From Xylella taiwanensis (GTDB taxonomy: Bacteria > Pseudomonadota > Gammaproteobacteria > Xanthomonadales > Xanthomonadaceae), in the NCBI RefSeq assembly GCF_013177435.1, contig NZ_CP053627.1, positions 1,380,001 through 1,412,000 on the forward strand: a stretch of 32,000 bases of DNA, read 5' to 3'. Of this stretch, positions 9,900-19,592 are shown piece by piece. The notes beneath the pieces were generated by a model. The model was not told where the DNA came from, searched no databases, and was given only the letters and a program-made list of their open reading frames with translations. Position numbers and translations under genes: made by a program. Within the stretch, counting starts at the first letter, position 1, and each line of letters begins with the position of its first letter.

Positions 9900-10610
9900 A
9901 AGCTGTCGATTAAGCAGAGTGATCTTGCCGATACCTGAGATGCTTGGCGGATGAACCAAACAATTTGATACTTTATATCATTTTCTAAGCGGGTCTACCC
10001 GTATTGTTGCTTCAGAAAATAGAAAAAATCGTGCACTGAAGTGTGTGCCGAGGTGGGTAACCAGTGGTAAAGCGTGGGAATGAAACTGTTTTGGCTGATA
10101 CTTTAAGCTTGTGGATAAGTTGCTGAGTCACTTTTCAACACGATCATCGGCACGGCCCATGAGGACGATTCGGTGGCCTGAGCCGCTTGAGCAACGGCAA
10201 CTCGTCATTTTTCAGCACCTTGTGTACTTGTCCAGGCCGATAGAGAAAGTGATGAGCGCGTTGGTGTTTCATTTGTCGATAACGGGCGGACGATTTTGGA
10301 GGGTACATTGGTGCCGTCAGGATGTACCTTCAGACTGGTGCTAGCCTAGTTTTCGATCTGCAAGACCTGCCCTTGCTGGAGTCTCAATGCAGCACGCCAG
10401 ATCGCCTCTTGGTTCATGCATGTGTAAATCATGTGCCAGTTGTTGAAGCGTTTGGGTAGGCCAAGCCATTTGTAACCATGTTCAGCAACATACAGAAGGG
10501 CGTTGAACATCTACTGATTTCTTGGATTGACGTTGCTGTGTTGCTTTGGCAGAGAATGTTCGACCTGCATAAATTAAGCGGCTGTAATCTTCATACACTC
10601 ACCGCCTCAG
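9900..10610 (-). mobile_element. Decayed IS5-superfamily insertion sequence (transposase pseudogene with multiple frameshifts and stops)
   Basis: Four minus-strand fragments read in order:
- FNALLYVAEHGYKWLGLPKRFNNWH (about 10432-10509)
- LKVHPDGTNVPSKIVRP (about 10287-10333)
- LYRPGQVHKVLKNDELPLLKRL (about 10180-10250)
- RFFLFSEATIRVDPLRK (about 9985-10035)

These match conserved blocks of IS5-family DDE transposases as I recall them (..LYVLRTGC.WR.LP..FG.W...Y; KVHPDGTG; LSPGQAHD...LL; ERFF..LK..RRIATRYDK). The boundaries are approximate. Confidence 0.55.
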
Positions 10611-10826
10611 TGACATCGTCTCAGTACCATGAGTGTTAACGGTCCCTAGAGGATCGTCCCCATGATGATGGCGCTACCCCATACCCAGACAGGACTGGGA
10701 TTGTGAGCTGTTTGCTCAATCAAGGTGTAGCAATCTACCGTTTTCATCAGAAATGCCCCTAGGAGACGGACGGCGGAATATCATCTTTATCCACTAACCT
10801 AGCTGGCTCAAAGTGCGTAACGTGTT

Positions 10827-11678
10827 CTAGCGAAATACCACTGTCCGATGACCGTTAAGCAAGATTCGATGTTCAACATGGCGACTCACTGCACGCGCTA
10901 ACACTAGCGATTCGATATCACTGCCTATGCGCACCAAGTCATGCGCAGTCATTGAGTGATCAACCCGTGCTACGTCCTGTTCGATGATGGGACCCTCGTC
11001 CAAATCACGGGTGACGTAGTGTGCAGTAGCACCGATGATCTTCACCCCGCGTGCGTGCGCTTGATGGTAGGGCTGGGCACCCTTGAAGCTCGGCAAGAAA
11101 CTGTGATGGATATTGATCGCACGCCCAACCAGTGCTTCACACAGCGTCGGTGAAAGGATTTGCATGTAACGTGCCAACACTACCAAGTCGATGTGCTCAC
11201 GCTCGACCAGTTGTAAGATCAGCGCTTCTTGCTCAGCGCGGTTGTCTGCATCCACCGGCAAGTACTGGAATGGCACGCCGTATGACGCTGTTAATGGAGC
11301 GAAGTCGTTGTGGTTGGAAACGACCGTGACGATCTCTGCACGCAGTTGCCGACTGTGGATGCGGAACAATAAATCGTTAAGGCAGTGACCTTGCTTACTG
11401 ACCAGCACCAGCAGGCGGGTACGTCGGTGCGCATCGTGCAATTGCCAGTGCATTGCATAGGTGTTGGCAAGCATGTTGATCCGATCTTGCAGCGGTGCCA
11501 ATGAAGTACTGTCAGCCACGTCGAAATGCACGCGCAGGAAAAAGCGATCACTCTCCTTGTCACCGAACTGTTGCGCATCAAGGATATTGCAGCCCGTCCG
11601 AAACAACGCTCCACTGATGCGATACACAAGGCCAGTACGGTCGGGACAGAATAGGGTAAGGATATAGTCGTGACGCAT
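10827..11678 (-). CDS. purU: Formyltetrahydrofolate deformylase
   Basis: The ORF is 283 aa. It has an N-terminal ACT-like segment (YILTLFCPDRTGLVYRISGALF) and a formyltransferase core (NIHHSFLPSFKGAQPYHQA, ATAHYVTRDLDEGPII). Confidence 0.9.
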   Translation of the reverse strand: MRHDYILTLFCPDRTGLVYRISGALFRTGCNILDAQQFGDKESDRFFLRVHFDVADSTSLAPLQDRINMLANTYAMHWQLHDAHRRTRLLVLVSKQGHCLNDLLFRIHSRQLRAEIVTVVSNHNDFAPLTASYGVPFQYLPVDADNRAEQEALILQLVEREHIDLVVLARYMQILSPTLCEALVGRAINIHHSFLPSFKGAQPYHQAHARGVKIIGATAHYVTRDLDEGPIIEQDVARVDHSMTAHDLVRIGSDIESLVLARAVSRHVEHRILLNGHRTVVFR

Positions 11679-11689
11679 TCGTATGATGG

Positions 11690-12280
11690 TAGCCGAACAC
11701 TACCGGAATCGCATGGTGATTCCTAAAACATTTGCTGGCTGGTCTATTGTTACAGCAGCACGCTAAGCATCTTCTTTAAACGGTGTACGCATAGTGCTGA
11801 ATATGTCCTCGCATCAACATCATGTCTCTGTCACATATATTGAATAGTGGTTGTGTTAAGTAGCCTCTTAGAAAAAGACGCAACTGCTAATGTGCTCATC
11901 CCTCATTTTGGATAAAGATGCCAGTGTCGATCAGTATCCGAATAATTGAAGCTCCAACCACATCAATGCACCACCCACAGGGTTGTTGTATTGCTTCTTC
12001 GTTTTCCATTTCTCACTCTTTGGGCATCTTGAGGCTCACGCTATCCATGAGCTGTTCTCAAACATCGCTCTTGCCACGATAGGGTATGGCAACTTGCAAG
12101 TGCTTTTGGTACCGAGAAATCGTATTGAAATCGGGATCGAACCAATTCAGGCTTAGACTGCCGCTGTGTTATCCGTTGACCAATCCGTCGTTCGGTATTT
12201 CTTCTCTACCTGTTTCGGCATATTCACGACTGGCTCAGGCACAAACTTCCAACCCAGCAACACCGTGCAACAAAACCATT
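11690..12280 (-). mobile_element. Decayed IS5-family (IS903-like) insertion sequence / transposase pseudogene
   Basis: The minus strand reads MPKQVEKKYRTTDWSTDNTAA .. DPDFNTISRYQKHLQVAIPYRGKSDV*EQLMDSVSLKMPKE*EMENEEAIQQP.. with in-frame TGA stops and an internal deletion. This parallels the IS903-type blocks YR.TNW..YNAAL, PD(Y/F)S..SRR.K...(I/V), L(V/L)IDSTGLK..GEGEWK.K.HG. A terminus-like GGTTTTGTTG lies near 12268-12277 and resembles the remembered IS903 IR GGCTTTGTTG. The boundaries are approximate. Confidence 0.55.
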
Positions 12281-12598
12281 CCATGAGAAATAACACACAA
12301 ATGATGAAGAAAAACGAAGCCCTTGGTTCATTCAGGTGTTGCTGTGTTGGTTGTCGTGCTTCTTGGTGATGCGCTGTCTCTTGGCAAGGATCAGGTAGTG
12401 CAAGTCCTTAGTCATGTTTTGTCGCAAGTGGGGCCACAAGATACAGCTTCATAACGGGTCACAGACAACAGATGCTTCCAGCCGCGTCCTTGTCCTTTTG
12501 CTGGTAGCACTTTGCAGTTTCTCCAATTTGATACTACCAAAATGAAAGTAACATTGATTGATGCAATGAAATGACGCAGGCACGGCTAGAATAGAGTC

Positions 12599-13246
12599 AT
12601 GTCTTCCTCATTAATCCCTTCTTTTCTTAAACCTTTGGCCGCACGTGCCCTGGAGCTGGCATTAAATCGCCTCTTAGCTCTTGATCCGGACACCTATCAA
12701 GTCATGCGCATGCTTGATGGCCAGCGCATCGCACTGTACCTGGAGACACCACCCTTAGAATTACAGATTCGTGTTGAGGATGAACGTCTGCGCGTCGGCC
12801 CGATCGATTCAGAGCAAGAGGTGGACCTGAAAGTACAGGGGACGTTGGCCGGGTTTCTTGGACAATTGCCGTGGCTGGCACATATACGCCGCACTAGTAC
12901 GGTGCAGACTGGGCGGCTACGTGTGGCTGGTGACGCTGAACTGGCGCAACGGTTACAACAGTTAGCCACACGTTTCGATCCTGATTGGCAACAACCTTTT
13001 GTTGCTGTGTTCGGTGAATTGCTTGGCGTACAGGTCGCTGGTGTGTTGCACATGACTTTGCGGCACATGCAACGCAGTGCAGTGGACTTGGCACATAGCA
13101 CTGCGGAGTTCATTACCGAAGAATCCGGGAGCGTGGTGCCACGTGCTGAGTTAGAAGCGTTTTACGATGATGTTGATGTGCTACGTGATGATGTCGAGCG
13201 GCTAGCCACTCGACTGGTGAGGTTGTGTTCGGAAACGGCGGCATGA
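12599..13246 (+). CDS. ubiJ: Ubiquinone biosynthesis accessory factor UbiJ (SCP2 domain protein)
   Basis: The ORF is 215 aa. Its layout matches UbiJ: an N-terminal SCP2-like region and a C-terminal amphipathic helix ([18 protein letters not shown]). Its stop overlaps the ubiB ATG (ATGA at 13243-13246). Confidence 0.7.
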
Positions 13247-14901
13247 AGGCGTTGTTCCGAGCCCGTCGTATTGGCAAGGTGATGCTACGTTACCGGCTGG
13301 ACACGTTGCTGGACGGTACTACAGCTGAGCGCTGGCTGCGTTTGGCTAAGCCTTTTGTACCCCGTATCAACGCTAAGATTGCTGAGCAGCCACGTGGGCG
13401 CCGCTTGCGATTAGCACTCCAAGAACTGGGACCTATTTTTGTCAAGTTTGGGCAGATTCTCTCTACCCGCCGAGACTTGGTACCACCGGATGTCGCCGAT
13501 GAACTGGTCATGCTACAAGACCGCGTAGAGCCGTTCGACGGCCAGACTGCGCGTGCCATCATTGAAACTGCGCTGGGTCAGTCGGTCGAAACAGCATTTG
13601 CGCACTTCGATACTATGCCGCTGGCCAGCGCTTCAATCTCGCAAGTGCATGCGGCCACGCTGCACGACGGACGTGAAGTGGTGGTCAAAGTGCTGCGCCC
13701 TGATATTGAGCATCAGATCAATGGCGACATTGCCCTGCTTAAGTCACTAGCCGCGTTGGTTGAGCACACCCACCCGCATGCGGATAAAATCCGCCCGCGC
13801 GCGATTGTGGCGGAGATCGAGACTACGCTTGCAGCTGAGTTGGATTTGCAGCGTGAAGGTGCTAACGCCAGCGTGTTACGTCGCTTCTGGGAGGCGTCCG
13901 ACGATCTATATGTGCCGGAAGTGATTTGGTCACACACGGCCGAACGGGTGCTGACTCTGGAACGTATGTATGGCATTCCGTCGGACGATATTGCTTGTCT
14001 TGATGCCTCCGGCATCGACCGTAAGGCCCTTTCGAGGAAGGGAGTACGCGTGTTTTACACTCAGGTGTTCCGCGATAATTTTTTCCATGCCGATGCGCAC
14101 TCCGGAAACATTTGGGTCGACAGTGATCCGGCACGCAAATCCAATCCACGTTTTATTGCGCTTGATTTCGGCATCATGGGCCAGCTCTCGCAGAAGGATC
14201 AATACTACTTGGCCGAGAATTTCATGGCGATCTTTCATAAAGACTACCGGCGTATTGCCGAGTTGCATCTGGAAGCGGGCTGGATACCAGCACATGTCCG
14301 TATTGAGGAACTAGAGGCGGCAGCACGTTCGGTGTGTGAGCCATACTTTACAAGACCTTTATCACAGATCTCGTTGGCTGAAGTGCTGATCAAATTGTTC
14401 CATGTTGCCCAGCGTTACCAGCTTACGTTACAGCCGCAATTGATTTTGCTGCAAAAGACACTGCTCAATATTGAAGGCGTTGGTCGTCAACTCGATCCTG
14501 AATTAGATATTTGGGTAGTGGCGCGCCCAGTCCTTGAGCGAATTCTACGTGCCCGTTACAGCCCGCGTCATGTGCTTAAGGAGTTAAATAAACGCTTGCC
14601 TGAGATCATGACTCACGCTCCAGACACACCGCGCCTAATACATACGTGGCTAGTACAGCAGGTTGAAAGCCGGAAACAGAATGACGTTTATTTGCAACAA
14701 TTACACAGGCTACCCCTAGCTTTACAAGGCTTGCAGCGTCGTGTGGTCAATGCGATTGTGGGGAGCAGCTTCTTGGTGGTGGCTGCTGTGTTGTATGGCC
14801 TACATCCGGATGGTTGGTACCTAGGCACGATTCCAGGGTGGAGCTTGATTAGCGGGTTTGCTGGTGCGGTAGCGTTGTTCAGTGCCTGGTGGCGAAGCTA
14901 A
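13243..14901 (+). CDS. ubiB: Ubiquinone biosynthesis regulatory protein kinase UbiB (ABC1/ADCK family)
   Basis: The ORF track starts at GTG 13225. The ATG at 13243 overlaps the ubiJ stop and is the preferred start. ABC1 motifs are present ([36 protein letters not shown]). Two C-terminal hydrophobic helices are present. Confidence 0.9.
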
Positions 14902-14926
14902 TGACATAGAATTGCAGACAGCCGCT

Positions 14927-15030
14927 TACATCCGGATGGTTGGTACCTGGGAATGTGAATCTGGATTAAGTGGGTTACCCGATGTGAAACATTTGTTTAT
15001 AGCGGCTGGTGATGAGGCGAATAGCGCCCT
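14927..15030 (+). repeat. Degenerate second copy of the ubiB 3' end, immediately after the ubiB stop
   Basis: An exact 22-nt direct repeat, TACATCCGGATGGTTGGTACCT, occurs at 14801-14822 (inside ubiB) and at 14927-14948. The sequence after the second copy still aligns by eye with the ubiB tail (..CTGGTG..GGCGAA..TA[AG]). It reads [10 protein letters not shown] instead of [14 protein letters not shown]... Confidence 0.55.
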
Positions 15031-15089
15031 GTGATGGACATTTATCATGCGACGTGACGTTTCGCTTCTCCTGAACCCGTGATAGATAT

Positions 15090-15551
15090 TCAATGTGATG
15101 CTCTCATCCCTGTAACCCTGGCAAAGAAATCGTAGATTCCTTGGTCACTCATTTTTCGCGCATTTGCCAGCTCTCCAGCCTTTGTAGTGTAGTGCACTTG
15201 GCCATCCGGGTTGACCACAACGACCGCGGGAATGCCATCCTGAATTGGGTCACCATAGGCCTGACTCAATTCAAGATTGCGATCAAAATTGCCCACATCG
15301 ATCTTCACCACTTCAAAGTGCTTGGCGATCAATGCGGCGTTCTTCGGGTTATGCAGTGATTTATCGAGTGCTCGGCAGTCGGTGCACCAGTTAGCACCGA
15401 AAAATATGAGGGTCGATTTGTGCGTAAGTTTGCCAGCAGCCAAAGCTTTTGTGACTTGAGCCCAGGCGTCCGCATGTTCGTCGTAAGGAAGGTCCAGCGC
15501 TTGCGCAGGAAGTATCAACACAAGCAGTAGCAGTGGCAACCATCGCTTCAT
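15090..15551 (-). CDS. Exported thioredoxin-fold protein (CxxC = WCTDC)
   Basis: The ORF track starts at 15590. The ATG at 15551 gives MKRWLPLLLLVLILPAQA (signal peptide) and is preceded by AGGAG 9 nt upstream. The thioredoxin motif FGANWCTDC is present. Confidence 0.75.
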   Translation of the reverse strand: MKRWLPLLLLVLILPAQALDLPYDEHADAWAQVTKALAAGKLTHKSTLIFFGANWCTDCRALDKSLHNPKNAALIAKHFEVVKIDVGNFDRNLELSQAYGDPIQDGIPAVVVVNPDGQVHYTTKAGELANARKMSDQGIYDFFARVTGMRASH

Positions 15552-15842
15552 GGGGGGGAACTCCTGGAAGAGAATGTAGATTGCTCCCATCTTCTGATCT
15601 TGTCGGTTTGTTGGTCAAGCAGGTTGCAAGCATCGATTAGAACATTTGTAATAACAACGCTACATACAGCACAGCTAAGTATCGATTACGGCGACTCTGT
15701 TCTCAGAGTAAATACATGTTGTGTTAATGAACTTCTCGTGCTCATTCATAGTTCATGAGAGCAAGTGAGCACGTGTTAAGAAACAGGAGCATGGGTAAAC
15801 AGAGGTGCGCCCGTGTTCCACAACCACATCAAACTTGGCGGA

Positions 15843-17048
15843 TTACAATTCGATCACGTCGAAAGCAACTTCCGGATTGACATCAGCATCATAATCAACG
15901 TCTGCACGCTCGAAGCCGAACAGCTTGAGGAAATCTCGTTTGTAATTAGCATAGTCGGTCAATTGGAACAGATTTTCGGTGGTCACTTGCGCCCAGATCA
16001 TTTTGCATGCAGCTTGCACATCTTCACGTAGTTCCCAATCGTCCAAACGCAGGCGATGCTCCTCGTCGACTGTAGCAGGCTGACCGTCTTCCCGGTACAG
16101 ACGCTCACGCAGCAGACGATCCGCCTGTTCGATCGTCCCTTCGTGCAACCCCTTCTCTTTCATCACCTTGAACACAATCGCGATATATAGCGGTAGTGCA
16201 GGGATTGCTGCACTTGCCTGAGTCACCACTGATTTTAGTACTGCTACGTTTGCACCGCCGCCACGGACTTGCAAGCGTGCATCCAATCGTCGTGAGGTTG
16301 CATCAAGGTCAGCTTTTGCTTTACCCAACGCACCATGCCAATAGATTGGCCAAGTGATTTCGGTTCCGATATAACTAAAAGCTACGGTGCGTGCATGTGG
16401 TGCCAGTACATCTGCCTCCGCTAACGCATTGATCCACAATTCCCAGTCCTGGCCACCCATCACTGCAACTGTATCGGCGATTTCTTGCTCGGTGGCCGGT
16501 TCGACTGTGGCCTGGATGATCTGGTCCTTATTAGTGTCAATTGCGTTAGAGGTGTGAGTAGCCCCGATGGGTTTAAGTACCGAACGCTTTATTTCGCCGG
16601 TAGATGGCAGCTTGCGCAGTGGTGAGGCAAGCGAGTACACGACCAAATCAACCTGGCCTCCCATCTCGGTCGTGATCAGTTCGATCACTTTGGCACGCAT
16701 TTCGTCGGAAAACGCGTCACCGTTGATCGAACGGCTGTAAAGACTCGCCTTCTTAGCGAATTTGTCGAATGCCGCAGCGTTGTACCATCCAGCGGTCCCA
16801 GGTTTTTTGGCGGCACCTGGCTTTTCAAAGAACACTCCAAGCGTATCTGCACCAAAGCCGAATGCAGCAGTAATTCTTGAGGCCAAGCCATAGCCGCTGG
16901 AAGCGCCAATCACCAGTACCTTCTTAGGGCCGTTACTGCGCACACCTCGTGCGCGGGTGGATTGAATCTGCTCCAGGACGTTGTACTCGCAACCCACTGG
17001 ATGAGTGGTGGTGCAAATGAAACCGCGGACTTTGGGATGAATAATCAA
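15843..17048 (-). CDS. fabV: Enoyl-[acyl-carrier-protein] reductase FabV (trans-2-enoyl-CoA reductase family)
   Basis: Homologues begin [17 protein letters not shown]. Here that position is a TTG (17048-17046) preceded by GAGG. The track ORF extends upstream to 17117. The NAD(H) site [11 protein letters not shown] is present, and the full-length similarity to remembered Xanthomonas FabV is strong. An alternative ATG start lies 12 codons upstream. Confidence 0.85.
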
Positions 17049-18165
17049 CTGAAGGACCTCATAGGGACACTGTAATTGCAGCATGTTATAGGTTATGGCA
17101 CGCGTCACCCAGTCCATGCTCGACTGTATGTAAAATGTTGGCGTGTGTATTCTCTATTTTCAATTGTGAAGCTTCTTGAGAATCCAATGGGGACGAATTG
17201 CCAAAGGTTGAGACCGTAGCCATCCAGACACACTGACCATCCATTACCGTGGAACAGTAGCGTGTTTTGGAAATCGAATCCGATTGCAAGGTAGTAGATG
17301 TGTTTCATCTCACGGATATCATGAACATGCGTGAGGACACCTCATCTTGCAGATCAAGTGAATGTTGATGACTTTCAATCCGAGGACTTGATGTACTGTG
17401 CATCCATCTTGTCGTCGGTGCGATACCGGATCGCACGCTGCATGTGGTCTGTAAACATCAGTAAAAAGGAACCCGGTAAGCGCTGAGATGGCACGTTACT
17501 TTAGCTGCTGTGGCTGGGAGCCAGCTGCGAATAGCATCCGCCGCCTCTGTTAGTTTGGTGATGCTTTTAAACGATAAACACTGGTAAATAGCATCATGCC
17601 AGACGGGTTCTTCGTGACCATTAACCCATTAACGATGGCAGCATCAGCAACGAGAAACTAGATTTTGGCTTTCACTTGCACACGATATTTATGTACAGCT
17701 ATTTACACAGTGCTTAAGGCTTCTGACGTCCATATTCATCGCACCTCTTAACACAAACGCATTCAAACCATCTTCGCGCATCAACTTGCCTCTGTGTGAG
17801 GCAGGTAGTCTTAAATACGCTATTGGCATGCTTAATGATTCAGGTCGCCTGCACCTTTTTCGGAGTGATCTAATTGGTCACTGCTTCATCGGTAAGCTGA
17901 ATTCATAACACGCTCTCATATCATCCAGAACCTAGCTAAGCTAGAGGCAGGGATTGCCGTTTCTGAAATCCGGGTTATAGCTCTAATGCGAGTTAATACG
18001 ATAACCGCTCCTTAGATCACGTAATGGGTGATCGATGATTGGCCGTCATAGTGGGGCATTGCCACGACCGAAGATCTGCGTTGCTATGTACATACTCAAG
18101 CATGGAAGGGACAAACATAGAAGCGTGAGAGGTAAACCTTGCTTGTTATGGGAAGAGAGCCATGG

Positions 18166-18720
18166 TCATCTCAAGGTCTCGCTGAGTACGTGATTTGCAG
18201 CTTCAACAGTTGGCACAAATGCCAGTGCCTCTTCTCGTGCTGAGCGCACAGTCCAGCCTATGCCTTCCTTATTAGGTTGGAAATGTACGAGCTCGCCAAC
18301 CTTGAACCCCGTGGTGGGATTGTCTTGGCGTGCCGGCCAACGCAACTCTGCTTGGTTATCTGGGGTAACAGGATCCTGCAGTTTCACCTGGTATCCGCCA
18401 CCCTGTTGAATTTCTATGGATTTCACCTGCATCGGCGGTGGCAGCTTGGGCTTGCTGTTGGCCTGATAGTGTTTGTGGGAACTGCTATGTTCCTGACTCA
18501 GTTGGGTTGCGGTCATTGATGCGCCTTTAACAAAAGCCCCAACAGAGATGAGCGGCATACTCACAACCAACATGGCACTGACCCCTGCAGCCTGTCCACT
18601 GGCTGAGATTGCATCTCCACTGGCTGATATAGCGTCACTGGCATGTACAGAGTTACTCGAAAAAATTACTCCGAATGATCCAAATGACAAGAGAGTACCC
18701 AGGAGGCGTGAATGATTCAT
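18166..18720 (-). CDS. Hypothetical exported/membrane-anchored protein with a short tandem repeat
   Basis: The ORF is 184 aa. It has a signal peptide (..SSNSVHA/SD), a tandem SDAISASG-DAISASG repeat, a hydrophobic segment (AAGVSAMLVVSMPLISVGAFV), and a C-terminal domain of about 90 aa. Its ATG overlaps the stop of the upstream gene (ATGA at 18717-18720). Confidence 0.55.
   Translation of the reverse strand: MNHSRLLGTLLSFGSFGVIFSSNSVHASDAISASGDAISASGQAAGVSAMLVVSMPLISVGAFVKGASMTATQLSQEHSSSHKHYQANSKPKLPPPMQVKSIEIQQGGGYQVKLQDPVTPDNQAELRWPARQDNPTTGFKVGELVHFQPNKEGIGWTVRSAREEALAFVPTVEAANHVLSETLR
18596..18642 (-). repeat. Two 21-nt tandem repeat units plus a partial third, inside the 184-aa ORF
   Basis: CCACTGGCTGAGATTGCATCT is followed by CCACTGGCTGATATAGCGTCA (17/21 identical) and then CTGGC. 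The repeats encode the ASGDAIS heptad repeat on the minus strand. Confidence 0.6.
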
Positions 18721-19565
18721 GGTGAAGCTCCCATTCTTGCAGAGGAAGGAGGTTGATGTGCGATGGATTGATCTCCAAGCAGTACACCGCGTTCTAGTAA
18801 AAAGTTGAATACGGATTCCACTGTTGCGACTGAATAGTTACCCGAAATACGCTCTCCCCAAGGATGATCGGTTGTCGTTGCGTTCGTAACGATGAAACGC
18901 GCACCCAACCGTTGTCCCAAGGTGAGATGCAAGCGGCTAGGTTTGTAATGTGCGTTGCGTAACCACGCTTGGACTTGGCGGCGGCTATCCGGCAATGGTC
19001 CATCAGGAGCGGCAAGTGCTGCAGCGATGATCTCCAGTACCCATTGGTTGGAGTTCTGGTAGCCAACGGTAAAAGGGTAGGCCACCGCACTGTAGCGGGG
19101 CTCGTGCAAGCGCTGCATCAAGCTGTTTTGAGCAAGCAGCAATGGATACAAACGTTGCTGCAGTGATGGCGCGAGCACACCCAAGCGCAGATCCCCAGTT
19201 TGTGCACTTTCACCGACAAAGTTAGCCAACCCCTCACGGTACAATTGCGAATAACTACTTTTGCAGTGATTAAGCAAGTGGCGTACACGCCATTGACCAT
19301 CAGCTTCGCGCACGACGAATGCCATGTGACTGTGACGTAAGCCGTAGCGGCTTAGATCCTGGCCAGAGCGGGCGATGATTGCTACCTGTGTGCCCGGTAA
19401 TGCATCCAGTTGCCGGGCGGCACGATCGGCCACGGTCAACATGGCCTCGGTTGCAGTGGGTGATGGATAGCGTGGTTGGCAAACTGGCGTCGCTGCAATC
19501 GCTGCAGTCGTTACCAAACTTAGGGATAGCAGCAAAAGGCGGGCGCATAAAAATCCATTTTTCAT
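18717..19565 (-). CDS. DUF2145-like exported protein of unknown function
   Basis: The ORF is 282 aa with a signal peptide (LLLLSLSLVTTAAIAA). The assignment to DUF2145 is from memory of the family (blocks such as GLRHSHMAFVV, HLLNHC, YSAVAYPF). An AAGGA RBS lies 10 nt upstream, and the gene starts 27 nt after the ELM1-like gene. Confidence 0.65.
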   Translation of the reverse strand: MKNGFLCARLLLLSLSLVTTAAIAATPVCQPRYPSPTATEAMLTVADRAARQLDALPGTQVAIIARSGQDLSRYGLRHSHMAFVVREADGQWRVRHLLNHCKSSYSQLYREGLANFVGESAQTGDLRLGVLAPSLQQRLYPLLLAQNSLMQRLHEPRYSAVAYPFTVGYQNSNQWVLEIIAAALAAPDGPLPDSRRQVQAWLRNAHYKPSRLHLTLGQRLGARFIVTNATTTDHPWGERISGNYSVATVESVFNFLLERGVLLGDQSIAHQPPSSARMGASP

Positions 19566-19592
19566 TTGAACTTCGTCCTTAAATTGAAAGCT

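Noticed and set aside
9966-9980. A Fur/Zur-box-like palindrome, TGATACTTTATATCA (TGATA-N5-TATCA), about 90 nt upstream of the COG0523 GTPase gene. COG0523 genes are often Zur-regulated.
   Set aside because: It is only a partial match to the remembered Zur consensus (TGTTATA-N-TATAACA type). It sits inside sequence that reads as the C-terminal end of the decayed IS transposase, so it is unlikely to be the native operator. It is worth a PWM scan but is not reportable as a site.
12125-12160. A tRNA-like T-arm motif on the minus strand (ATTGG-TTCGATC-CCGAT, containing GGTTCGATCCC).
   Set aside because: No matching acceptor stem, D-arm or anticodon arm can be built around it. It lies inside the IS903-like transposase relic, where it encodes ..NWFDPDF... 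It is a coincidental match.
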